51,142 bases of DNA from Bacteroidales bacterium. GTDB taxonomy: Bacteria > Bacteroidota > Bacteroidia > Bacteroidales > UBA4181. Shown here in pieces: positions 17,895 through 27,988 of the stretch. How positions within the stretch are numbered: the stretch's first letter is position 1; each line of letters begins with the position of its first letter. The notes beneath the pieces are model-generated. The model did not search any database, was not told the origin of the DNA, and was given only the letters and a program-made list of their open reading frames with translations. The DNA is taken from NCBI GenBank assembly GCA_031270985.1, contig JAISWR010000019.1, positions 1 through 51,142 on the forward strand. Direction: 5' to 3'. A program made the position numbers and the translations under genes.

Positions 17895-18458
17895 ATGTCG
17901 GATATTTTCCTGATTAATCATGCATCGCTCCGGCAGTTGTTCGATCATTATTTCGATCCGCTTTGCCGCTATCTTTCTTATTACCACCCCAACCGGATGA
18001 TAGTGGAAGAGGTGGTGCAGGATGTATTTGTGAAAATATGGAACGAACGAGAAACTCTGCGCATCACCTCCATCAAGGCATGGCTGTTCACAGCAGCGCG
18101 ACACCGCATGTTGAACCATATACGGGACGAAAAACGCCGCCACACCGTCATAGAAGCATGGATAAAGCATGAATCGGAAAAGACGGAAGGAGAAGAATGT
18201 TTCAACATTGACGAATTTACGCAACACATACAAACCGCCGTTCACATATTGCCCAGCAAATGCCGTGAAATATTCACGCTCGGCAAAACGGAAAACCTTA
18301 CCTACCGACAAATAGCGGAACGGCTCAACATATCCGTCAAAACCGTGGAAACGCAAATGGGCATTGCCTTGCGTAAAATCAGGCACTATCTGTCGGATTT
18401 CTACCCCGACGTCCGGCAAATCCTATGGATGCTCGTGCGAAAACTGTGTGCGGGTTAG
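17895..18458 (+). CDS. ECF RNA polymerase sigma-70 factor (Bacteroidota type)
   Basis: EEVVQDVFVKIWN, WLFTAARHR, LPSKCREIF, YRQIAERLNISVKTVETQMGIAL. Confidence 0.93.
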   Translation: MSDIFLINHASLRQLFDHYFDPLCRYLSYYHPNRMIVEEVVQDVFVKIWNERETLRITSIKAWLFTAARHRMLNHIRDEKRRHTVIEAWIKHESEKTEGEECFNIDEFTQHIQTAVHILPSKCREIFTLGKTENLTYRQIAERLNISVKTVETQMGIALRKIRHYLSDFYPDVRQILWMLVRKLCAG

Positions 18459-18515
18459 CCGGTCGTTTCATCAATTCGGACGGTATAAATACCGCGTATC
18501 ATCCACCGTGAAGCA

Positions 18516-19568
18516 TCATGCCGCGTGCATAATTTTGTACACCATCTCTCGCATTAAATCACCGTCGGAAGAAGATGCGTTGCCTGCTCCTTTGGATTTC
18601 AGATCGTATTCCCGCAGTATGGATATGATCTGCACCACTCTGGCGGCAGAATATTTGCGGGCAGCCGCTTCATAGTCTTTTACAAAATACGGATTGACGC
18701 GCAATACCGCTGCCGCCTGAGATTTATCGGACAGGTAGTGGTAAGTGAGTACTTTTATGAAATATGAGAATATTTGGTTTATCACCATTATCAAAGAATT
18801 ATCGCCGGAATTGGCGGCAAAATGCAACACGATGCGGTTGGCTTTCAGTACGTCTTTCTCCCCCAGCGCTTTTTGCAACTCGAAAACGTTATAATCCTTG
18901 CTGATGCCCACGTTTTGTTCGATGTGTTCGGACGTGATTTTGCGTTCTTTCCCTGACGACAGCACAATCATCAGTTTGTTCAGTTCGTTGACCACCTTTC
19001 CCAAGTCGTTGCCCAAATAATCGGTCAGCAGTTTCGACGCATTAAGCGCAATGGAATAACCCCGTTCGGACAAGTACCCATTTATCCATGAAGGAATTTG
19101 ATTTTCGTACAGTTTTTTCGACTCCAGCACAACTGCCGTTTTCTCCATTTGCTTCATTTGCTTGTACTCCTTTGAACTTTTATCAAGCGTTTTATACTTG
19201 TAATTAAGTACCAGAATGGTGGATTTCAGCGGTTTTTCGGCGTAGTACTGCAATTTGTCCAGCTTGCCTTTGGTGCGCCTGTCTTCGGGATCGGTCAGTT
19301 CCTGCGCTTCTTTCACGATCACCACCTGATGCTGCGCACCCATAGGATACCGTTTAGCGGCATCCAGCACGTCCATGACGGTTTTGTCCTTTCCGTACAT
19401 CACCACCTGATTGAACGGTTTTTCACTTTCCTGTAGCGCATGAACGGCAATGTATTCGGTTATTGCGTCGATAAAATAAGGTTCGTCGCCCATCAACAAA
19501 TAGACGGGACGGTACCGTTTGTTTTTCAGTTCGTTGATAATTTCTTCAAACGTCATTGTTTCAGCCAT
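18516..19568 (-). CDS. holA: DNA polymerase III subunit delta
   Basis: PVYLLMGDEPYFID, FNQVVMYG, AKRYPM, GNDLGKVVNELNKL, GISKDYNVFEL, YDLKSKG. Confidence 0.93.
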   Translation of the reverse strand: MAETMTFEEIINELKNKRYRPVYLLMGDEPYFIDAITEYIAVHALQESEKPFNQVVMYGKDKTVMDVLDAAKRYPMGAQHQVVIVKEAQELTDPEDRRTKGKLDKLQYYAEKPLKSTILVLNYKYKTLDKSSKEYKQMKQMEKTAVVLESKKLYENQIPSWINGYLSERGYSIALNASKLLTDYLGNDLGKVVNELNKLMIVLSSGKERKITSEHIEQNVGISKDYNVFELQKALGEKDVLKANRIVLHFAANSGDNSLIMVINQIFSYFIKVLTYHYLSDKSQAAAVLRVNPYFVKDYEAAARKYSAARVVQIISILREYDLKSKGAGNASSSDGDLMREMVYKIMHAA

Positions 19569-21655
19569 TTATCCAACCATCCGAAAAATTCCCGTTGCCA
19601 AAGAATGGCATTTTGAGGTTTGGTTACCCAATGTCCCTCGTCGGGAAAGACCACCAGCCGCGCCGGAATATTGCGTAAACGCGCTGCATGAAATGCCTGT
19701 AATCCTTCAGTGTATGGGACACGGTAATCTTTTTCGCCGTGGAAAATCAGGATGGGCGTATCCCATTTATCCACATGCAAGTGAGGAGAAAAGTCGAAAC
19801 CGTGCGGACGGGGCTTGTCCCAATAAGCGCCGCCCAAGTCGAAGTTGGGAAACCAATATTCGTCCGTACTGCCGTACTTGCTTTCAAAGTTGAACATGCC
19901 GCAATGCGCAATGAACGCCTTGAAGCGTTTTCGGTGGTGTGCTGCCAGCCAATACACGGAAAAACCGCCGTAACTCGCGCCCACTGCTCCCAGCCGGTCG
20001 GCGTCTGCGTAAGGTTCTCCGGCTACGTTGTCAATAGCGCTCAGATAGTCGCGCATGTTCTGTCCGCCGTAGTCGCCGGAAATTTGCAGGTTCCATGCCT
20101 GTCCGAAAGTGGGCAGTCCACGCCGGTTGGGTGCTACCACGATATATCCGCCGGCTGCCATCAGTTGCAGGTTCCAGCGGAACGAAAAAAACTGGCTGAC
20201 GGCGCTTTGCGGTCCCCCTTGGCAGTACAACAGGACGGGGTACTTTTTTGTAGCATCAAAATCAGGCGGATACACCACCCACACCAACATGTTCTTGCCG
20301 TCCGTCGTCTTCACGATGCGTTCTTTTACTTCGGCAAGAGTAACGGCGGAGTAGATGTTCCGGTTGGTGAACGTCAGTTGTTGTTCCTCGCCTGTGGCGG
20401 GCAGGATGCGGAACAGTTCCGCCGCCATGTCGATTTTTGTCTTGACGCCTGTCAGTGCATCACCGGCAAGGGCTATCCCGTTGTAATCGTGCCAGCCTTT
20501 GGTGACGGGCCGTATCGCTTTTGTTGCCACATCCACGGCATACACCTGATAAGTGGCGCGTACCCCGCTGATGAACCAAATGCCGCGATTGTCGGGCATC
20601 CACACGAAATGCGCGGCATTGTTGTCGTAGCGCACGGTCAGGTCTTCAATTTTTCCGTCGGCGGTATGATACACCATCAGGCGTTCCTTGTCCGCCTCAT
20701 AACCTGCCGTTGCCATGCTTTGGAAAGCGATCATGCTGCCGTCGGGCGAAAACACCGGATATTTGTCGTATCCCGACATTCTGTCGGTGATATTTTTTGT
20801 CGTACCTGTTCCGACGTCATACACATATATATCGGAATTTGTGCTGAGTGCATATTCCCGTCCCGTCAGTTTTTTGCAGGTGTAGGCAATGTGTTTCCCG
20901 TCGGGGCTCCACGCAATTTCGTCGCTGTCGAAATACGGGGAAAGCGGGCTGTCGTAAGGTTCGCCCTCCATGATGTCTTTTCCGGAACGCAACACGCCGT
21001 TTTCCGTCTGTCCCAACCAGATGTGGCTTACCGCATAATCCATCCATTCGTTCCAGTGGCGTTCCATCATGTCGTCGGCTATCACTGCCGTTGTTGCGGA
21101 CAAGTCGGGATACATTTCGCGGGGACTTTGCCGCACCGGTACATTTTTCAGGTACATCAGCTGACCGGCGTCAGCAGGCGAATATTCAAAGCCGTTGATA
21201 CCGCCTTCGATGTACGACACCTGCCGTTTGTCCGTGCCGTTGGAATTCATGTCCCACATCTGTGTGTCGCCCGAAACGGAGGTCAGATAAGCAATACGTT
21301 TACCGGACGGCTCCCAGCGAGGATTGGAGCAATTCGCAAATACATCGGCGGTGAGGCACACCGGTTCGCCGCCTTTTGCCGGAACACTCCAAAGGGTGGT
21401 GCGTCCCTTGTTTTCCGACACGCTGTAGCGCGTCACGGTGTATATCACAGTTTTTCCGTCGGGCGACACTTTAAATTCACCCACTCTGCCGAATTTCCAC
21501 AATATTTCCGGAGTCAGCATTTTGCCGGCAATCTCCTGTTCCGTCAGCGGCTCTGGCTGTTCGGAAACCACTGCCGGCGGTTCCGGTTGTGGCGGTTGTT
21601 GTGTACAGGCTACCAAGCCCATCACCACCAAAAAATATCCGATGCGTGTCATCAT
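19553..21655 (-). CDS. S9 family serine peptidase (dipeptidyl-peptidase 5-like), lipoprotein
   Basis: PD40/beta-propeller SPDG repeats, QGGPQS, GASYGG nucleophile, DYRV, DEGH triad. Lipobox LVAC. Confidence 0.92.
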   Translation of the reverse strand: MMTRIGYFLVVMGLVACTQQPPQPEPPAVVSEQPEPLTEQEIAGKMLTPEILWKFGRVGEFKVSPDGKTVIYTVTRYSVSENKGRTTLWSVPAKGGEPVCLTADVFANCSNPRWEPSGKRIAYLTSVSGDTQMWDMNSNGTDKRQVSYIEGGINGFEYSPADAGQLMYLKNVPVRQSPREMYPDLSATTAVIADDMMERHWNEWMDYAVSHIWLGQTENGVLRSGKDIMEGEPYDSPLSPYFDSDEIAWSPDGKHIAYTCKKLTGREYALSTNSDIYVYDVGTGTTKNITDRMSGYDKYPVFSPDGSMIAFQSMATAGYEADKERLMVYHTADGKIEDLTVRYDNNAAHFVWMPDNRGIWFISGVRATYQVYAVDVATKAIRPVTKGWHDYNGIALAGDALTGVKTKIDMAAELFRILPATGEEQQLTFTNRNIYSAVTLAEVKERIVKTTDGKNMLVWVVYPPDFDATKKYPVLLYCQGGPQSAVSQFFSFRWNLQLMAAGGYIVVAPNRRGLPTFGQAWNLQISGDYGGQNMRDYLSAIDNVAGEPYADADRLGAVGASYGGFSVYWLAAHHRKRFKAFIAHCGMFNFESKYGSTDEYWFPNFDLGGAYWDKPRPHGFDFSPHLHVDKWDTPILIFHGEKDYRVPYTEGLQAFHAARLRNIPARLVVFPDEGHWVTKPQNAILWQREFFGWLDKWLKQ

Positions 21656-21828
21656 TTTTACGAATTTACCGCAAAGTTAAAATTTTTCCGGTGAAAAATG
21701 AAAATACGCGCCGTAAAAATCATTTCGACTCTACTTTACTGTCGGTCGGAGGCGTGTTCCTGTTCGCTTGATGGCGGGCTGTTGATGTTGAGGCAGTTGC
21801 ATACGGGAGGAGGTTTTGCTGCTCAACT

Positions 21829-22617
21829 TTACGGATTGTCGTTTGCCTGTTTTTTTGCTTCTTCCCAGATGACGTTCATTTCGTCCAGCGTCATGGATGT
21901 AAGCGGACGTCCCGCCCGAACGGTTTTTTGCTCAAGGTAGTTGAAACGCCGGATGAACTTTTTGTTGGTGCGTTCCAGTGCGGTTTCGGGATCAATGTCA
22001 TACAGTCGTGCCGCATTGACCAGCGAAAACAGCAGGTCGCCAAATTCGGCTTCTGTTTCGGCGGTGTTCATTTGCTTGATTTCCGCTTTCAGTTCGCCGA
22101 TTTCTTCGTCCACCTTGTCCCACACCTGTTCGCGTTTGTCCCAGTCGAAACCCACGGCGCGGACTTTGTCCTGAATGCGCAACGCCTTCACCATTGCCGG
22201 CAATGATTGAGGCACTCCGGCAAGGGTGGACTTGCTGCCTTCCTGTATTTTCAGTTGTTCCCAGTTGGTTTTCACCTCTTCGTCGTTGCTCACTGCCACA
22301 TTGCCGAATACGTGCGGGTGGCGGAAAATGAGTTTCTCGCAAAGTCCGTCGATGACGTCGGCAAGGGTAAACTCACCGGTTTCGGAGGCTATTTTTGCGT
22401 AAAAGACGATGTGTAGCAGTATGTCGCCGAGTTCTTTGCGGATATTTTTCATGTCCTTGTCCAGAATAGCGTCTGCCAACTCGTAAGTTTCCTCAATCGT
22501 CAGATGTCGCAGGCTTTCGATGGTTTGCTTCCTGTCCCACGGACATTTTTCGCGCAATTCGTCCATAATGTCTATCAGACGCCCTAATGACGCCTTTGCT
22601 GCTTCTTTTCGGTTCAT
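21829..22617 (-). CDS. mazG: nucleoside triphosphate pyrophosphohydrolase MazG
   Basis: CPWDRKQT, EETYE, ELGD, RHPHVFG, GFDW, EFGDLLF, KFIRRF. Confidence 0.96.
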   Translation of the reverse strand: MNRKEAAKASLGRLIDIMDELREKCPWDRKQTIESLRHLTIEETYELADAILDKDMKNIRKELGDILLHIVFYAKIASETGEFTLADVIDGLCEKLIFRHPHVFGNVAVSNDEEVKTNWEQLKIQEGSKSTLAGVPQSLPAMVKALRIQDKVRAVGFDWDKREQVWDKVDEEIGELKAEIKQMNTAETEAEFGDLLFSLVNAARLYDIDPETALERTNKKFIRRFNYLEQKTVRAGRPLTSMTLDEMNVIWEEAKKQANDNP

Positions 22618-22643
22618 TTCAAGAGATATTCATTTTTTGTGAC

Positions 22644-23330
22644 TTATAGCAATCCTTCATCGGCGAAACTGTAATAATGGTCGCCGGCAATGATGAGATG
22701 GTCAATCAGCGGGATGGAGAGCAACGCGCCGGCTTCCTTAATCTTGGCGGTCACTGTCATATCTTCCGTGCCGGGCTGTCTGTTGCCCGACGGATGGTTA
22801 TGACAAATGATGATGGCGGTTGCAAGCCGGTCAATGGCGTATTTCATGAGCAAACGGATGTCCACCACAGTTGCGGACAATCCCCCCGCTCCCAAACGTT
22901 GTATGCCCGTCACGCGGTTAGAGCGGTTCAGGAATATTGCCCAAAACTCCTCATGCGACAAATCGCCCAGCACGGGATATATCACTTTGAAAATATCTCC
23001 GCTGCACTTTATTTGCGGCTTGTCGGTGTTGCCGCTGTTGCCGCGACGGCGTCCGAGTTCCATGGCCGCCACGATGCCAACCGCTTTGGCTTCGCCTATG
23101 CCTTTGTGCTTTTTCAAATCCGCGACGGTTGCCTTTCCCAGTTCCGCGAGGCTGTTATTTGCCTGTGCCAGCAACTTTTTGGAAAGTTCTACAGCATTTT
23201 CATCCTGTGAACCGGAACCGATGATGATTGCCAACAATTCGGCATTACTCAACGCGGCGACTCCCTTGTTCAGCAGTTTTTCGCGCGGACGGTCATCTTC
23301 CGACCATTCTTTGATGGTGAGCGACGGCAT
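22644..23330 (-). CDS. radC: RadC (JAB domain) protein
   Basis: DRPREKL, ELLAIIIGSG, HhH KGIGEAKA, EEF, HNHPSG..P..ED, DHLII. Confidence 0.95.
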   Translation of the reverse strand: MPSLTIKEWSEDDRPREKLLNKGVAALSNAELLAIIIGSGSQDENAVELSKKLLAQANNSLAELGKATVADLKKHKGIGEAKAVGIVAAMELGRRRGNSGNTDKPQIKCSGDIFKVIYPVLGDLSHEEFWAIFLNRSNRVTGIQRLGAGGLSATVVDIRLLMKYAIDRLATAIIICHNHPSGNRQPGTEDMTVTAKIKEAGALLSIPLIDHLIIAGDHYYSFADEGLL

Positions 23331-23360
23331 ATTCGGATTTTATAAGATTTTCATGCCAAC

Positions 23361-23390
23361 AAAAAAACCTTCCCCTCGGAAAGAGGAAGG
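23361..23390 (-). terminator. intrinsic terminator after rpsT
   Basis: Minus strand CCTTCCTCT-TTCC-GAGGGGAAGG followed by a T7 run. Confidence 0.7.
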
Positions 23391-23417
23391 GCAACCTGTT
23401 AAAAAAACGGCGACAAC

Positions 23418-23672
23418 TTATGCCAAGGTGTTGATATGCAGCGCCAGTTTTGATTTCAAATTGGATGCCTTGTTTTGATGTATCACGTTTTTCTTGGCTA
23501 ATTTGTCCAGCATAGCCGCCACAACGGGATATTGCTCCGTTGCCGCAGCCTTTTCGGTGGTTTGCCGCAATTTTTTAACGGCGTTACGAACCGTTCTGGC
23601 ATGATACTTGTTTTCCAGCCTGCGGCTTTCGCTTTGTCTGACTCTTTTTATGGATGATTGATGGTTTGCCAT
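23418..23672 (-). CDS. rpsT: 30S ribosomal protein S20
   Basis: [13 protein letters not shown]...[21 protein letters not shown]. Confidence 0.97.
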   Translation of the reverse strand: MANHQSSIKRVRQSESRRLENKYHARTVRNAVKKLRQTTEKAAATEQYPVVAAMLDKLAKKNVIHQNKASNLKSKLALHINTLA

Positions 23673-23707
23673 ATTTTCGATTTAAAAATTACCTGTATTT
23701 GAGGGGA

Positions 23708-23715
23708 CAAAATTA
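23708..23715 (-). promoter_or_regulatory. -7 promoter element (TAATTTTG) for rpsT
   Basis: TAnnTTTG consensus about 35 nt upstream of the rpsT ATG. Confidence 0.55.
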
Positions 23716-23755
23716 CAACAATAATTTTTGACAAAAAAGTTTTTGCGGGATTTTT

Positions 23756-24613
23756 TTATGCTTCATCCAAACGCCGTATCATTTCGGCAAACAGGAACGA
23801 CATCACGGCGACGGCTTTGTTTGCCGCTTCTATCACCTCATTGCCGTCGTTCATATAACCGTCCGAAAATTCATGCGCCTCGTTGGTGATAACCGACATG
23901 CCGAATACGCGCAATCCGCAGTGTCTTGCGGCGATCACCTCCGGAGTGGTGGACATGCCTACAGCGTCGGCGCCGATGATGCGAAAGAAGTTGTATTCGG
24001 CGGGCGTTTCAAATGACGGGCCGCTATTTGCCAAATATACGCCTTTGTGCAGGCGAATGCCGTGTTCGGATGCGATCTTTTCCGCCAAACGGATGAGAGA
24101 GCGATCGTAAGCATGTGTCATGTCGGGAAAACGCGGCCCCATCCCGTCAATGTTTTTTCCGACAAGGGGGTTGGGCAGCAGATTGATATGGTCGCGGATG
24201 ATCATCATGTCGCCGGCTTTGTATGCGGAATTGACACTGCCTGCCGCATTGGACACGAACAGGGTTTTCACGCCGAGGCAACGGAACACGCGCACGGGAT
24301 AGGCGACTTCGTGCATGGCGTAGCCTTCGTAGTAATGGAAACGTCCCTGCATGAGCAGTACCCGTTTGCCGCCCAACATGCCGCAGATGAGGTTGCCTTT
24401 GTGTCCTGTGGCTGTGGATTGTGCGAAATGAGGTATTTCCGCATAGGGAATCACCACCGGACGCTCCGTTTTTTCCGCCATTAGCCCCAAGCCGCTACCG
24501 AGAATAACAGCGGTTTCGGGTATTTCCCCGTTGATGCGTTCTGCAATGAACGCCGCGCTATCATTCCAAAAATGGTCGGTTTTTTCGGGCACCGTATTGG
24601 GGTTGTTTTGCAA
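23756..24613 (-). CDS. punA: purine-nucleoside phosphorylase (trimeric PNP)
   Basis: ILGSGLG, YAEIPHF, GHKG, QGRFHYYEG, NAAG, GPSFETPAE, GADAVGMSTTPE, SVITN. The TTG start is uncertain. Confidence 0.93.
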   Translation of the reverse strand: MQNNPNTVPEKTDHFWNDSAAFIAERINGEIPETAVILGSGLGLMAEKTERPVVIPYAEIPHFAQSTATGHKGNLICGMLGGKRVLLMQGRFHYYEGYAMHEVAYPVRVFRCLGVKTLFVSNAAGSVNSAYKAGDMMIIRDHINLLPNPLVGKNIDGMGPRFPDMTHAYDRSLIRLAEKIASEHGIRLHKGVYLANSGPSFETPAEYNFFRIIGADAVGMSTTPEVIAARHCGLRVFGMSVITNEAHEFSDGYMNDGNEVIEAANKAVAVMSFLFAEMIRRLDEA

Positions 24614-24637
24614 ATATGACGCTTTTGCTCCGGATGA

Positions 24638-25699
24638 TTATCGCTGCACGGTTACTGCCGTTCCGTCCAGCAACTTTTCTTTTCCGGCAACCACTACATC
24701 GGCACCGTTGTCCACACCCGACAGCAATTCATAAGACGTGCCGTCACGGCGGCCTATCTCCACTTTCTTTTGATAGGCAATGTCGTTTTCTACCACAAAC
24801 ACAAACTTGTTGTTGGTGCCCATCTGCTTGATCACCGCCATATCAGGCACCACGATGTGGTTCATCGTGCCGAAGTTCAGTTCCACGCGGGCAAACATTC
24901 CCGGACGTAGCGTCATGTCGTTGTTGGGGATGCTGATTTCCGTCGTGAACGTGCGCGTTGCTTGATGAATGGTGGGATAAACGAGGAGAATTTTCCCGTT
25001 GAATACCTTATCGGGATACACGTCCAACCGTATTTTTACTTCCATTCCGGTTTTAACTCTTGCAAAATACGCCTCCGATATGTTCACAAGCACCTTTACG
25101 GGCGAAATTTGTTGCACATTCAGGATAGCGGGAGTGCCCGGATAGATGTTTTTCGCGTCGAAGTTGCGTGCCGTCACCACTCCGTCGATTGGCGACAGTA
25201 GTGTGGTGTTTTCTTCAAGGTTGCGCAACGCCTCTCGGGCAACGTCCACTTGGGCGGTCAGTTGGTCTAACTGTTGCTGTGTGGCGCTCCCCATGCGGCG
25301 CAGGGTATCCACTCGCGCAAGTTCCTTTTCGATGTTCTGCAACTGTATTTTCGCCTGCAACAGGTTTGTCCTGTCCATTTGCACCAGCATTTGTCCCTTG
25401 TGTACGTGGTCGCCCACCTCTGCAAATATCTGGTCAATGCGACCGGGTACGGTGGAGGCAATGTCGTTGCTTTTGAATGCCTGTACGTTGCCGGTTAGTT
25501 CTATCAGTTGTTCCACAGGCTGTTCGATTACTTTTTGTACTTTCACCAACACCTTGGCGTTTTCTGCGGCTGCTCCGTCCGGAGTCGCCTGTTCTTTAAC
25601 GCCGCCGCAAGCAGACAGATACACTAAACCTGCTGTTATTGTCACTTTACTTAAAACTCTCATTATTTTTGATTTTTGAATAATTATTTTTGACTTCAT
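24638..25699 (-). CDS. RND efflux periplasmic adaptor (membrane fusion protein)
   Basis: Lipobox LSAC, VPGRIDQIFAEVGDHVHKGQML, SPIDGVV, LRPGMFARV, VEIGRR. Confidence 0.92.
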   Translation of the reverse strand: MKSKIIIQKSKIMRVLSKVTITAGLVYLSACGGVKEQATPDGAAAENAKVLVKVQKVIEQPVEQLIELTGNVQAFKSNDIASTVPGRIDQIFAEVGDHVHKGQMLVQMDRTNLLQAKIQLQNIEKELARVDTLRRMGSATQQQLDQLTAQVDVAREALRNLEENTTLLSPIDGVVTARNFDAKNIYPGTPAILNVQQISPVKVLVNISEAYFARVKTGMEVKIRLDVYPDKVFNGKILLVYPTIHQATRTFTTEISIPNNDMTLRPGMFARVELNFGTMNHIVVPDMAVIKQMGTNNKFVFVVENDIAYQKKVEIGRRDGTSYELLSGVDNGADVVVAGKEKLLDGTAVTVQR

Positions 25700-25709
25700 T
25701 TCCTTACAA

Positions 25710-26996
25710 TTATAATGTGTTCAACAACTTTTCCAAATCCGTTTGGGCGGTGATTACGCCGTTTATTGCCGATATGTAATTGCCCTGCGCCTGCAACAGA
25801 CTGGTATTGGCGGTGGTGACGTCAAGACTGGAAGCCACCCCCTGCTGGTATTTCCGCGTGACGCTTTCCAGCACTCGCTGCGCCACTTCCAGCGCTTCTT
25901 TCTGGAGGTTGAACGCTTCAACGGAACTGTTCAGATTGAACCGCAGTTGTTTTTCCTGCAACAGCAACTGTTCGTTTGCCAAATCCTTGCTATTTTGCGC
26001 TATTTCTCTCTCTATTTTTGCCTGCTGTATCTGCACGTAGCGTTGCCCAGAAGCGAAAATCGGTATGTTCGCCCGCAGTCCAATGATGTTGTTGGGCGTC
26101 ATGTCGAATGAGGACGTTTTCAATTTATAGGTGTAATTGTAAAACAGCGATATGTTGGGAAGCGCGGAAGCTTTCGCCATTTGTATCTGTTTGTCGGCAA
26201 GTTCCACTTGTTTGTCCAGCAACCGTATATTGTAGTTGTCAGCCATGTCGAAAGGTGTTGTCAGTGTTGTTTGCACGGCATCCATGCTGATGAGATCATG
26301 CAGGTTTTCTTTCAGGATGATTTCGGTATTGATGTCCACGCCCAGATGAAACCGCAGCAGGTTATACGCCAACTCTACGCCTCGTTCCACCGTTTTGATG
26401 CTGTTCGTCACCGATGCCACCTGAACCGTCAACTGGTCGGCGTCCGTTTGTTCGGCTACGCCCACTTTCACCATTTCCGACGTGTTTTGTGCCAGCGTTT
26501 GAATGTCTTTGAGCGTGTTTTCGAGGATAGCCTTGTTCTCCAGCGCCACCAATATGCTCAGGTATGCCGATCGCGCCTGTTGCCTGGCGTCCAGTTCGCT
26601 TTGCAGGCGTGTGGTTTCCGACACCTCTTCGCCGATGCGCGACATTTTGATGCCTACCCAATAGCTGCCGCTGAACAGCAACTGGGTTATCTGCGCCTGA
26701 AGTGTGCTTGTGGCTTCGAGTGGGATGGATTGCCCGAAAAGATCCATTTTGAATCCCAACATGTTTTGATAGTCCAGCGTGGCGCTCGCCTGAGGCAAGC
26801 CCGCCGAAATGGATTCCCATACCTGTTTCTGTGCACGGGAAACAGAAAGCCCTGCATTCCGGACGGTTTTATTGTTTTGCACAGCGTATTCCTGCGCCTC
26901 TTTCAGCGTGAGTTGCAGGGACGACTGTGCGGATGAAGCCGAACAGATACTCATCCCCATCATGCAGAAAAAAATACATTTGAATATTATTTTCAT
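25710..26996 (-). CDS. TolC-family outer-membrane efflux protein
   Basis: Signal peptide, LTLKEAQEYAVQNN, two OEP repeats, IPIFASG, YQQGVASSLDV. Confidence 0.92.
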   Translation of the reverse strand: MKIIFKCIFFCMMGMSICSASSAQSSLQLTLKEAQEYAVQNNKTVRNAGLSVSRAQKQVWESISAGLPQASATLDYQNMLGFKMDLFGQSIPLEATSTLQAQITQLLFSGSYWVGIKMSRIGEEVSETTRLQSELDARQQARSAYLSILVALENKAILENTLKDIQTLAQNTSEMVKVGVAEQTDADQLTVQVASVTNSIKTVERGVELAYNLLRFHLGVDINTEIILKENLHDLISMDAVQTTLTTPFDMADNYNIRLLDKQVELADKQIQMAKASALPNISLFYNYTYKLKTSSFDMTPNNIIGLRANIPIFASGQRYVQIQQAKIEREIAQNSKDLANEQLLLQEKQLRFNLNSSVEAFNLQKEALEVAQRVLESVTRKYQQGVASSLDVTTANTSLLQAQGNYISAINGVITAQTDLEKLLNTL

Positions 26997-27661
26997 TGAA
27001 TATTATATTTGTTTTTTATGATTAGTCCATGAAAGTTCATCCCGGAATCTCTGTTGTTTTTTGATGTTCTCGACAGGGTATGATCCAGTATTTCAAGGCC
27101 TTTGTATGTGCAAAGACCTCTCAGGTTCAAAATAGCCATTGTCCCGAAGATTTCAAAAACCGCGAACTTTTCCAGTGCCGCATCATTCAACATAATGCCC
27201 TCCGCCAACAACTGGAACATCACCGAAAGGATTTCCAAATTCAGGTCATCGCGGAAAACACCCTCTTTCATCCCCTGCTCGATCAGCCGGCAAATGGCTT
27301 CCCGTTTTTCCTCCTTGTTGCAGGCGACAATGCCTTTGCACACATCGGGATAATACCGCTTGATTTCGTTGAGAGCGGAATGTCGTTGTTGTTGGGCATA
27401 TTCGGCGCCTTTATTGATCAACAGTACGATTGCTTCCACCACGCTGCCGGATGTTCTGAAAACGTGAGCGGCATACCGTTCGTTTTCTTCAAAAATGCAG
27501 TTGATGCAAGCAACCAATACCTCCTCCTTGTCCTTAAAATTTTCGTATATAGTGCGTTTTGAAATACCCGCCTGACGGGCAATATCGTCCATCGTGGTAT
27601 TTCTTATCCCTGTTTCGCGGAACAATTCCTGTGCCGCCTTCAAAATACGTTTTTTTACCAT
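26993..27661 (-). CDS. TetR/AcrR-family transcriptional regulator
   Basis: ILKAAQELFRETGIRNTTMDDIARQAGISKRTIYENFKDKEEV; GMKEGVFRDDLN. Start placed at MVKKRIL. Confidence 0.93.
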   Translation of the reverse strand: MVKKRILKAAQELFRETGIRNTTMDDIARQAGISKRTIYENFKDKEEVLVACINCIFEENERYAAHVFRTSGSVVEAIVLLINKGAEYAQQQRHSALNEIKRYYPDVCKGIVACNKEEKREAICRLIEQGMKEGVFRDDLNLEILSVMFQLLAEGIMLNDAALEKFAVFEIFGTMAILNLRGLCTYKGLEILDHTLSRTSKNNRDSGMNFHGLIIKNKYNIQ

Positions 27662-27682
27662 TTCTGTTTCCAAAATGCGCGG

Positions 27683-27690
27683 CAAAGATA
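27683..27690 (-). promoter_or_regulatory. -7 promoter element (TATCTTTG) for tetR-tolC-MFP
   Basis: Consensus match about 21 nt upstream of the TetR ATG. Confidence 0.6.
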
Positions 27691-27988
27691 ATATGAAAAC
27701 TTGAAAAACCAAAACAGTTTTCCCGGTTTTTATTTTTTTATGAATAAATTTGCTCGCGGCAACATCATGTACGCTATTGCCGCCACCTGTGACGGACACA
27801 AACCTGTTGGTTGCGTCGGACAGGAGAGCGGGATGTAAACCATCCAGCAAATTGCGTGCCTGATTGTGATAATTTGCATACATCGTCAAAAAAAATTTCG
27901 GGTGCAAAAGTAATTTCCCCTCCGGCAACGGACAACGGAAAATCGTCGAACGCCCGCAAATTTCCGACGAATAGGGATAAAAGCAGCA

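Noticed and set aside
19739-21694. 651-aa plus-strand ORF antisense to the S9 peptidase (and similar long antisense ORFs at 268-1119, 6676-8946, 14534-15784, 31066-32142, 33613-34572)
   Set aside because: Shadow ORFs caused by codon bias of the real gene on the opposite strand. They have no motifs and an atypical composition, and overlap well-supported genes almost entirely.
22644-23330. radC and mazG as markers of a mobile or defence island
   Set aside because: Both are full-length chromosomal types (RadC with N-terminal HhH, two-domain MazG) beside rpsT and holA, with no mobility genes.
27662-27928. N-terminal extension of the TetR ORF
   Set aside because: It spans the TATCTTTG promoter box; the HTH begins at MVKKRIL (27661).
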